From the NCBI GenBank assembly GCA_034430775.1, contig DAOUDU010000248.1:16120-80119 (forward strand): a stretch of DNA of 64,000 nt, given 5' to 3'. Below are positions 56,538 through 64,000 of the stretch, in pieces. The translations under genes were made by a program, and so were the position numbers. The notes under the pieces were generated by a model. That model did no database searches, was not told where the DNA came from, and worked only from the letters and a program-made list of their open reading frames with translations. This stretch comes from Anaerolineales bacterium (lineage in GTDB: Bacteria; Chloroflexota; Anaerolineae; Anaerolineales; RBG-16-64-43). The number at the start of each line of letters is the position of its first letter. The stretch's first letter is position 1.

Positions 56538-58580
56538 ATGACGCTGGAAAAAGGTTATTTGCTTTACGGAAGGTATCGGATCGAATCGATCCTCGGACGC
56601 GGCGGGATGGGATCGGTTTATAAATCACTTGACGAGAACCTCGGCATCCCGGTAGCCGTTAAGGAAAACCTCTTTACCACGGAAGAGTACGCCCGCCAGT
56701 TTCGGCGTGAAGCCACTATTCTGGCCGGTCTACGCCACTCCAACCTTCCCCGCGTCACCGACCACTTCGTCATCGCCGGTCAGGGCCAATACCTGGTAAT
56801 GGATTACATCGACGGCGACGATCTACACACACGAATTGAAAAGGGGAATCTCCCCAGCGAGCGTCTGGCTGTAGACTGGGCGCGGCAAATCTGCGACGCG
56901 CTAAACTATCTCCATACCAGACAACCGCCTGTCGTCCACCGGGATATCAAGCCCGGCAATATCCGGATTACATCCGAGGGGCGTGCCGTTCTGGTCGATT
57001 TCGGCTTGGCGCGCCTAATGGAGGGGCCGACGACAACCACCGGCGCGAAAGCCATGACCCCGGGATATTCTCCGCCCGAACAATACGGCGCCAGCCGAAC
57101 CGATTCACGCACAGATATTTATGCGCTTGCCGCCACGATGTACACGCTGTTGACCGGCGCGATGCCGGAAGACGGCTTGGAACGCGCGCTCGGACAACGC
57201 ACCCTGACGCGTCTCCGAGCCCGGAATCCCAAAATTTCCGCAGGAGTCGCGGCCGCGATCGAAAAAGCTCTGGAAGTCCTGCCCGAGAACAGGTTCCAAC
57301 TGATCGGAGATTTTCAAAAGGCACTGGCATTATCCGTTCCGCCGACTCCGCAAGCATCAACCGTATCCTCACCAGTAAAAGTGCGGCCGCCTGCCGCTGC
57401 GGCACCGCCGCCGAAGGCACCACCTCCCAAACCCAGGAAGCCGGCAGCTTCGGCATCCTCTCAGCCGCAAAGAGGTTTCCCCTGGGGTTGCGCATTGAGC
57501 GGATTATTCGTACTGATTCTATTCATCGCCGGAGGATTACTTTTCGGAAACGATATTCGCGCGATGATCCAATCGATTGCTCAGGGAACCCGGCCGGATA
57601 TCGCCATATCCCAAACCCAGACGGCGCTGATTCCCGTGTATACCGTAACGGCAACCGAGGCGGAGAATCCCACCTCGGCCGTGGGCACCGACTCGCCCGA
57701 ACCAACGGCTACCGCCACCTCGATCATCACCCCCGACGGGCGCGCCCGTTCGATTGCATTCGCCTCCGATCGTACGGGGATCCCTCAAATATATATCATG
57801 GACGTCGACGGCCAAAACCTGCTGCAGCTTACCAACGAAGCGGAAGGAGCCTGCCAGCCGGACTGGTCACCGGATGGGGAAAGATTGGTCTTTACCTCGC
57901 CCTGCAAGTCGCTCGAAGACGCATTCCTTAAAACCTCCATCTTTCGGATCAATGCCGATGGTTCCGGACGGACCTCCCTGACCAAGGTTCCCGGCGGAGA
58001 TTACGATCCCGCCTGGTCGCCGGATGGAAAACGGATCCTCGTGACATCGCTGCAAGATGGACGGAAGCACATCTACGTAATGGATATTAACGGGGATAAT
58101 CGGGTCCTCATCTCGAGCACAGCCGGCGCGGTGGATTATCAGGCGCGTTGGGCGCCCGACGGCGAACGGATTATCTTCGTTACATTGGCCGGCAGTCATC
58201 CGATTATTTTTACCGGCGCGATTAATCCCCTGAATGCAAAGCGTCAAGAGTTCTCCACCGTTACCTATGCCACAATGAGCCCGGATTGGTCGATTGACAA
58301 TTACATTATCTACATTCTGGGCCCGCGCGGGCAGGTTGTCATTTGCCCATTGGATTTGCGGTTCACCTGTCCGAAAAACGAATTAACCCCCGAGTACCAG
58401 GGCACAACCGTCGCCCGATTCTCCCCGGACGGGCAATGGGTTTTGTTCGATATGAATATCAAGAACAACCGCGACATTTACCTCCTGCCCATCGTCGGCG
58501 CCCGGGAGCCACGTCGGATCACCTCCGACCTCTCAGCAGAGACAGATCCCGCGTGGAGGCCGATTGCCTCGGTATCTTAA
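56538..58580 (+). CDS. Ser/Thr protein kinase with TM helix and TolB-like beta-propeller sensor domain
   Basis: 680 aa. GRGGMGSVY, VAVK, HRDIKPGNI, DFGLA, TPGYSPPE. Then Pro-rich linker, TM helix and five WSPDG-type (PD40) repeats. Confidence 0.9.
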   Translation: MTLEKGYLLYGRYRIESILGRGGMGSVYKSLDENLGIPVAVKENLFTTEEYARQFRREATILAGLRHSNLPRVTDHFVIAGQGQYLVMDYIDGDDLHTRIEKGNLPSERLAVDWARQICDALNYLHTRQPPVVHRDIKPGNIRITSEGRAVLVDFGLARLMEGPTTTTGAKAMTPGYSPPEQYGASRTDSRTDIYALAATMYTLLTGAMPEDGLERALGQRTLTRLRARNPKISAGVAAAIEKALEVLPENRFQLIGDFQKALALSVPPTPQASTVSSPVKVRPPAAAAPPPKAPPPKPRKPAASASSQPQRGFPWGCALSGLFVLILFIAGGLLFGNDIRAMIQSIAQGTRPDIAISQTQTALIPVYTVTATEAENPTSAVGTDSPEPTATATSIITPDGRARSIAFASDRTGIPQIYIMDVDGQNLLQLTNEAEGACQPDWSPDGERLVFTSPCKSLEDAFLKTSIFRINADGSGRTSLTKVPGGDYDPAWSPDGKRILVTSLQDGRKHIYVMDINGDNRVLISSTAGAVDYQARWAPDGERIIFVTLAGSHPIIFTGAINPLNAKRQEFSTVTYATMSPDWSIDNYIIYILGPRGQVVICPLDLRFTCPKNELTPEYQGTTVARFSPDGQWVLFDMNIKNNRDIYLLPIVGAREPRRITSDLSAETDPAWRPIASVS

Positions 58581-58604
58581 GGCGCGACCACAGGTTGCGA
58601 TTCC

Positions 58605-59159
58605 ATGCGGGTGATTTCCGGTTCAGCCAAAGGAAGAAGATTAAAATCCGTCCCCGGCGATTCCACCCGTCCGATCACTGACCGGGTGAAGGTGGCGCTG
58701 TTCGACATCCTTGCTCCCGATTTACGGGACTGTCTGTTTCTAGACCTGTTTGCGGGAACCGGCGGGGTGGGGATCGAGGCGCTTTCCCGCGGTGCCCGGC
58801 GCGCTGTTTTTGTGGATATCGACCCTAAATCCGTACAGACGATTCGCGATAATTTGGAAATCACACGCCTAAACGGAAAGTCGTCCGTGATACGATCGGA
58901 TTCATTTCACTACCTGGACCGGACGGAGCGCGAACCCTTCGATATAATTTATATCGCGCCTCCGCAATACAAAGGAATGTGGAGCCGGGCTTTACAGGCT
59001 ATCGATCATCACGCCGGCTGGCTTTCGCCGGACGGGATTGCCGTCGTCCAGGTCGACCCCAAGGAATCCCGTGAGATTCCATTGGATACTCTAAAGGAGT
59101 TCGACCGGCGCCAGTATGGCAGCACGCTTTTGTGGTTTTTTGAAAAACCCGGTGAGTGA
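58605..59159 (+). CDS. rsmD: 16S rRNA (guanine966-N2)-methyltransferase RsmD
   Basis: 184 aa. MRVISGSAKGRRL, TRPITDRVKVALFDIL, DLFAGTGGVGIEALSRGA, YIAPPQY. Confidence 0.85.
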   Translation: MRVISGSAKGRRLKSVPGDSTRPITDRVKVALFDILAPDLRDCLFLDLFAGTGGVGIEALSRGARRAVFVDIDPKSVQTIRDNLEITRLNGKSSVIRSDSFHYLDRTEREPFDIIYIAPPQYKGMWSRALQAIDHHAGWLSPDGIAVVQVDPKESREIPLDTLKEFDRRQYGSTLLWFFEKPGE

Positions 59160-59362
59160 CTTCCTTCTCTGGTTCCCCTTGCTAAGTCAATGACCGCCCA
59201 TCCCGGCTCCGCCTGGCGTGCCATGGGCGTCCAGAATGGACACGGTATATGGGGTTTCACCATGGGTTTTTGGTAGAATACCTTTCCAAGCAATTGGTCC
59301 GGCGGAAATACCGTATCCGTTGGATAGACCGGGGTTCACTGCAGTCGTCCAGCTTCCCTCCC

Positions 59363-61456
59363 ATGCACACTCTCTTACGAAAGTTAACTCACCCGTTGGC
59401 AGCCCTCCTGCTGACCCTGTTGTTGCTTTCCGGCTGCCGGAATAATTCCTCTCCGGAAGCCGCCGGCGGTGTCGCGGCATTTCCATCCAATCGACAGGGA
59501 ACATCACTCCAGACCGGGGGGATTCCCAGCACACAATCCGCGTTGGGCGATACCGCCCCGACGTTCGATGGGTCGGGCACGCCGCCATCGGCCGTCGCTA
59601 CATATTCCGCCGGTTACTCTTCGCCGACGACCGAGGTGGACTGGCGATATGTCCCCGTAATGCCCGAAATCGGGCAGCATGTGATGGATATTTTCCACGA
59701 TGGTCAGGGGCAAGGGCGCAATCCGCATAATTTTTCGGTCATCGGCGATTGCCAGGCAATCCCATTGGTGTTCCTTGGGCCTTTCGAACGAGGCGAGCAG
59801 CAATTGGACAGTTCGGAAAGCTATCTTTGGAATGCCATCCGCCAATACCAAGGATCCTTTTCGCGCACAGGGATGGCCGTGCGGGGCGGGTTCAATGCCG
59901 CGTCAATTTTCAGCCCGCTGCAAGCCGATCCCCACTACTGTCTGTCCGGCGAGACCCCGTTGACTTGTGAGTATCGCCTTCATAATCCCGCTATTGTGTT
60001 TATTACGCTGGAAACCTGGTTGGACCCGAAAACCATTGACCGTTATGAGGCCTATCTTCGGCAAATCCTGGATTATGTAATTAAAAATGGGTCCGTTCCG
60101 ATTCTCATGACCAAGGCCGATATGGCGGAAATGGGGAATGGTATCCCCATTATCAATCCCGCCATCGTTCGGGTGGCCCGGGATTATGACGTGCCCTTGA
60201 TCAACTTCTGGCGATCCGCTCAAAACCTTGAGAACGGCGGAATTGACCCGAACCGCGAAGGATTTCATTTAAGCCCGGAAGGATTTGAACTCAAGAATAT
60301 CCTGGCCCTTCGGACTCTGTATAAGCTGTGGACCCAGGTTGAAAAAGAGGATGAGAACCACGACCCCACGAAGCGTCCAGGGACTCCGACCGTCACCCCG
60401 ACCCTCACTACCATTCCCACGACCCCAGATGGTTTGCCCATCACGATTCCGGATTGCACCGGCGGCTGTATCTACATGGGAACAGCCATTGCACGCGACG
60501 GCGTAGTGATTTCCCATGGGATTCTGGCTTTTAACCTCCTGACCAGGGAGTTAACGCAGATGCTGGGGGAAGGCTTTGACCTGCAAGACGTAAGCGAGGA
60601 CGGGCGGCGGATACTGGTGAATAATGCAAACAACCTTTACGAAATCGGTCTGGGCGACAAATCAATCCGCCTGATCAGCGATTCGTTTTTCGCGTTTGGA
60701 AAACAAGATGCCTATTGGAACGCGGATGACAGCCGGGTGGTTTTCCTCGACCGGGATCGTCCCATTCGAACGGAAACGGGTGATGCCTTCAATCTTTTTC
60801 CTTCCGCCCGCGACGGAGAAATTTATTTTGAAAGCGGTTCCTGTACGGGCAAGGCGAATTGCCAATCCGGAGGGGTATACCGCCTCGATTCATACCAAAA
60901 CATTGTACGTATGGATTCCTACTCCCAAATGGTTTTTTCCCGGAATGGGGAATGGACGGCATTCCTGAATCCCTCTGCGGCGACGAAGGATAATTATTTC
61001 CATATCCCGTATCTGCTGCTGGAAGAAGTGGAACAGGGGGCCAAGAGCCGGAAGGAAATCTATTTTCCGAGCGAGAAGGGATTTATGGTAAATCCTGATA
61101 TACGGGATTTTGCGTTCTCACCGGAAAATGACAAGCTCTTCATCCTTTTCGATGTTTACAGCGATTATTATGAGCGATCACTGCGACTACAAACATATGT
61201 TTATGACCTTCCGACACGAATTCTATCTTACTTTGGAGAGGTTACCGGTGCCAGCGGTTCGCAAAATCCGCATGTGGTCTGGGCGCCGCACGAAAATAAA
61301 ATCCTTCTCTTCCTGACCGACCTTAATCCCAATGGACACTATTCGCTGAGTGTATACGAGGCCAACGTGGAGAAGGAGCAGGGTGTGAAGCCTTTTGCGG
61401 CGGAGATCATGACCAGCGGTGATTATCTTTATCTAACCAATCTGTTCTGGCGGTAG
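59363..61456 (+). CDS. Lipoprotein with SGNH-hydrolase-like N-domain (GDC variant) and beta-propeller-like C-domain
   Basis: ORF 59249..61456 trimmed to MHTLLRKLTHPLAALLLTLLLLSGC (lipobox LSGC). FSVIGDCQA, ...EGFHLS. Thr/Pro linker, then a repeat-like C-terminal half. Confidence 0.6.
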   Translation: MHTLLRKLTHPLAALLLTLLLLSGCRNNSSPEAAGGVAAFPSNRQGTSLQTGGIPSTQSALGDTAPTFDGSGTPPSAVATYSAGYSSPTTEVDWRYVPVMPEIGQHVMDIFHDGQGQGRNPHNFSVIGDCQAIPLVFLGPFERGEQQLDSSESYLWNAIRQYQGSFSRTGMAVRGGFNAASIFSPLQADPHYCLSGETPLTCEYRLHNPAIVFITLETWLDPKTIDRYEAYLRQILDYVIKNGSVPILMTKADMAEMGNGIPIINPAIVRVARDYDVPLINFWRSAQNLENGGIDPNREGFHLSPEGFELKNILALRTLYKLWTQVEKEDENHDPTKRPGTPTVTPTLTTIPTTPDGLPITIPDCTGGCIYMGTAIARDGVVISHGILAFNLLTRELTQMLGEGFDLQDVSEDGRRILVNNANNLYEIGLGDKSIRLISDSFFAFGKQDAYWNADDSRVVFLDRDRPIRTETGDAFNLFPSARDGEIYFESGSCTGKANCQSGGVYRLDSYQNIVRMDSYSQMVFSRNGEWTAFLNPSAATKDNYFHIPYLLLEEVEQGAKSRKEIYFPSEKGFMVNPDIRDFAFSPENDKLFILFDVYSDYYERSLRLQTYVYDLPTRILSYFGEVTGASGSQNPHVVWAPHENKILLFLTDLNPNGHYSLSVYEANVEKEQGVKPFAAEIMTSGDYLYLTNLFWR

Positions 61457-61467
61457 GCATTCCGGCG

Positions 61468-61494
61468 CTCAATGGTTTCCTCAGAACCATTGAG
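61468..61494 (+). other. Hairpin just after the lipoprotein stop
   Basis: ctcaatggtt / aaccattgag 10-bp stem, 7-nt loop, no T-run. Confidence 0.35.
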
Positions 61495-61536
61495 GATGTC
61501 ATCCTGCTACTCAGCATGACAATCATTGGGATCCAT
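61495..61536. repeat. Degenerate family A unit
   Basis: gatgtcatcctgc...catgacaatcattgggatcc, similar to the 12092-12387 units. Confidence 0.35.
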
Positions 61537-61548
61537 TATGAAGTAAAA

Positions 61549-61580
61549 GCTAAAGGCCGTTCTAAAGAACGGCCTTTAGC
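61549..61580 (-). terminator. Intrinsic terminator of the aldolase gene
   Basis: Perfect 14-bp stem gctaaaggccgttc / gaacggcctttagc, 4-nt loop. On the minus strand it is followed by ttttactt. Confidence 0.8.
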
Positions 61581-61606
61581 GAGATGTCTACATTCCGGAA
61601 TGCGGG

Positions 61607-63034
61607 TTAATCCGCAAGATCCTTGACGGCGCTGGCATCCTCCGCGCCTACGGCGCCGAAATCAGACAGCGATTTGTGAATGGCGACCGGCTTGATGATT
61701 TTTTCCATTATGCTGCGGGTGTCATTTACCTGTAGTTGATCGAAAAGGAAACCGAATTTCTTCTCCCAAGCCGCGTTTAGCGCTTTACGATTTTCGGCGG
61801 GCATGTTCCAAAAGGCTTTCTTGAATGGTCCCACCGCTTTCTTGCGGGATTTATATAGGAACTGTTCCTCGGTGTCTTTCTCCTTGCGCTCATCCGCGCA
61901 ATTCTTCATAACCCATGCGTTGACTTCCGCGTGCAGATCCGAAGGTGCATGCTCGAAGGCGATGTTCTGGAAATTCGTCGCCAGGTGCACCTCGCAGGTT
62001 TCGTTCTCGGGGAATTTTTGGAAGGCGGTTTCCGGGAGAGTGGACGCGCCGTGCTGAACCGCGCCGCCCAGACCGTAATCCTTGCGCGAGATGAGCGAAA
62101 GTTTCTTAAGCGTCTCGAAGTCGACCGCCACCTGGGCGATGGTTCCATCGGGCAGGACCACGCCGCCATGCGACGTTCCGGTCTGCAGGCTGATCTTGCT
62201 CAACCCGACCGCCTTGGGGTCCATGCGCTTCAATTCCTCGTCATACAATTCGAGGAAGGCCCGCAACTCCTCTTCCGTGCTGTTGTGGCCGCCGACTTCC
62301 CCGATCTCGCCGCCGACGGATATCTGCATTCCGGTCGGTTGATGCGAGCGGATGAAAGCGGTGAAATCCGCGCACAATTTGCTGTTAACCGCCTGTTGCT
62401 CGCGGATCGTGGTTTTGGTCAGGTCCACGGTGGTCGAAGTATCGATATCGATATTGTAAAAACCCGCCGCGACCGCCTCCCGGATGAGGTCTTCAATGGC
62501 TTTGACCTCGGGCTTCGGATTGGCGGTATATTTCTTGACCGACACCTGGAAATGATCGCCTTGGATGAATACCGGCCCCTTCCAGCCTTCGGCGATTGCC
62601 GCGGCGAGGATCGAGGAGGTATATTCGGATGGCCGCTGGTCGGTGTAGGTCATTTCCGAACGGGCGATCTCGAAAATTAGCGGGCCGACCTGCCGGCTCA
62701 GGGCCGCGCGGAAAGCCGCCCGCGCGGAATCAAACCCCATCACACGCAGGTTCATCGCCGGGACGGTGAAGGGCTTGGCTATCTCGCCCTTGCCGCGGGC
62801 GATGTATAGATCGTTGATCGAGGATGGGAAAACGCCCAACGCCAGCGCGGTTTCCCAGATCAGCCAGCGCGCCGGGTTACGCTCGGCGTCCGTCCCAAGG
62901 GCGGATGCGCGGGCAAGCGGCTCCGCCTGCGCCGCGACCCTGGCGGTGTCGCGCACGGCGAGGGTGCCATTCTTGCCGATGGAAGCGGCATCCCCATAGT
63001 ATTTCTTAACAATTTGCTGCGGACTTACAGACAT
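61607..63034 (-). CDS. Class II fructose-bisphosphate aldolase family protein (long form)
   Basis: ORF trimmed to MSVSPQQIVKKYYG (GGAGG SD). FIQGDHFQ, QTGTSHGG, VQHGASTLP metal/substrate motifs. Confidence 0.8.
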   Translation of the reverse strand: MSVSPQQIVKKYYGDAASIGKNGTLAVRDTARVAAQAEPLARASALGTDAERNPARWLIWETALALGVFPSSINDLYIARGKGEIAKPFTVPAMNLRVMGFDSARAAFRAALSRQVGPLIFEIARSEMTYTDQRPSEYTSSILAAAIAEGWKGPVFIQGDHFQVSVKKYTANPKPEVKAIEDLIREAVAAGFYNIDIDTSTTVDLTKTTIREQQAVNSKLCADFTAFIRSHQPTGMQISVGGEIGEVGGHNSTEEELRAFLELYDEELKRMDPKAVGLSKISLQTGTSHGGVVLPDGTIAQVAVDFETLKKLSLISRKDYGLGGAVQHGASTLPETAFQKFPENETCEVHLATNFQNIAFEHAPSDLHAEVNAWVMKNCADERKEKDTEEQFLYKSRKKAVGPFKKAFWNMPAENRKALNAAWEKKFGFLFDQLQVNDTRSIMEKIIKPVAIHKSLSDFGAVGAEDASAVKDLAD

Positions 63035-63110
63035 CTTTACCTCCAACGGAATTGGAAATCGTTTTGGGATATGAAAACGTCGGTGTCAGATTATACCGCA
63101 GGGTTGTCCT

Positions 63111-63824
63111 TCAATCCTCCAGCAGCCCGTGCTGCGCGAGAAGTATCCTGTTGGCAAGGATTTCATCCGTCGGCCCATCGCCCGCGATATGCCCCGAATC
63201 CAGGATCAGGGTTCGCCCGCAGATTTTGCGCACAAGGGCGAGATCGTGCGTCGCCACCAGCATCGTTTGCTTCAATTCGCCTAATAAATGGATGAAGTTA
63301 CGGCGCGCCTGAGGATCCAGCCCGGCGGAGGGCTCATCCAGAATCAGAATCTCGGGGTTCATCGAGAGAACGGTGGCGATGGCGATCCGCTTTTTCTCCC
63401 CAACGCTCAAATGGTGCGAGACCCGGTGGGTGTAGGCCTCCATATGAACGGCGGCCAGCGCATCCCGAACCCGCTCCCGGATTTCTTCCGGCGAGCAGCC
63501 CTGGTAAATAGGGCCAAAGGCAACATCGTCAAATACCGTCGGCGAAAATAATTGGTCATCCGGATTTTGGAACACCAGCCCAACCGCCCTCCGAACGGCC
63601 CGCAGCGTTGCCTCCCCAAGTTCCATCCCGCACAACCGGATCGTCCCGGATTCCGCGCGCAGGATGCCGTTGAGATGCAGCATAAGCGTGGATTTGCCGG
63701 CGCCATTGGGACCCACCAGCCCAATTCGTTCCCCGGCTTCAATATGAAAAGTAATATCATCCAAAACGGCAGGCCGGTTCGGATAACGGAAAGTCAGATG
63801 TTCCACATCGATCGTATGATGCAT
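63111..63824 (-). CDS. ECF/cobalt-type ABC transporter ATP-binding protein (CbiO/EcfA-like)
   Basis: ORF trimmed to MHHTIDVEHLTF. GPNGAGKST, FQNPDDQLF, LSVGEKKRIAIA, ILDEPSAGLD. Confidence 0.85.
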   Translation of the reverse strand: MHHTIDVEHLTFRYPNRPAVLDDITFHIEAGERIGLVGPNGAGKSTLMLHLNGILRAESGTIRLCGMELGEATLRAVRRAVGLVFQNPDDQLFSPTVFDDVAFGPIYQGCSPEEIRERVRDALAAVHMEAYTHRVSHHLSVGEKKRIAIATVLSMNPEILILDEPSAGLDPQARRNFIHLLGELKQTMLVATHDLALVRKICGRTLILDSGHIAGDGPTDEILANRILLAQHGLLED

Positions 63825-63835
63825 GACGGTAACCT

Positions 63836-64000
63836 CTAACGGATCAAAATTGCGAGCAGAAGAATCATCACCATCCATGTTCCGCCCGCTGTAAGCACTG
63901 TATATTGCCCGGGGGTGAGCGGCGGTGCGGGCAGGGCCCGGGTTTCACCGTCATAACCGCGGGCCAGCATTGCGGCGTACACTCTGTCGGCTCGGTCAAA
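63836..64000 (-). CDS. ECF/cobalt transporter transmembrane component (CbiQ/EcfT-like), C-terminal fragment; N-terminus beyond the window
   Basis: Hand translation of the minus strand: FDRADRVYAAMLARGYDGETRALPAPPLTPGQYTVLTAGGTWMVMILLLAILIR*. Stop at complement 63836-63838, 11 nt before the ATPase start. Confidence 0.7.
   Translation of the reverse strand, partial: FDRADRVYAAMLARGYDGETRALPAPPLTPGQYTVLTAGGTWMVMILLLAILIR

Overview
This is a 64-kb, mostly housekeeping chromosomal segment from a moderately GC-rich bacterium. Gene content and repeat types resemble Chloroflexota/Anaerolineae-type genomes, but that is a guess made without any database search. I support about 55 protein genes, one tRNA-Leu(UAG), several sigma70-like promoters and intrinsic terminators, and two families of short dispersed intergenic repeats. 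Recognisable blocks, in order: fabF-fabH; a divergent Fe-S unit (sufR-sufT <> sufC-B-D-orf116-S-U) with a palindromic operator; ppdK; HNH endonuclease, PfkB kinase, an orphan response regulator and an orphan DNA methyltransferase; argS, rpsT, plsY; prepilin peptidase; secDF, a HAD hydrolase, clpP, tig, tRNA-Leu; gyrA, tilS; a Zn-ribbon protein with a histone-H1-like tail; sodA, ferredoxin, an aspartase/fumarase-family gene; an LCP-like gene, murA, a DUF62 gene; gyrB, htrA; a six-gene glycerate-glycoside operon; a low-GC spacer; a TPR protein <> Ser/Thr kinase pair, rsmD and a large lipoprotein; a class II aldolase; and cbiO/cbiQ. I saw no CRISPR array, transposase, integrase or prophage. The most system-like unexplained unit is the tightly coupled operon at 46604-54722. 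It encodes a GH13 phosphorylase-like enzyme, two GT4 transferases, a tandem-USP::GpgS fusion, a CBS protein and an ArsB/NhaD permease. Other items worth follow-up are the TCTTCGTG octamer repeat family, the methyltransferase with a PKD-like tail, the lysine-rich tails on several nucleic-acid-related proteins, and the unassigned low-GC segment at 54723-55490. All functional calls rest on motif recognition by eye from the supplied translations or my own hand translations. No searches were run.
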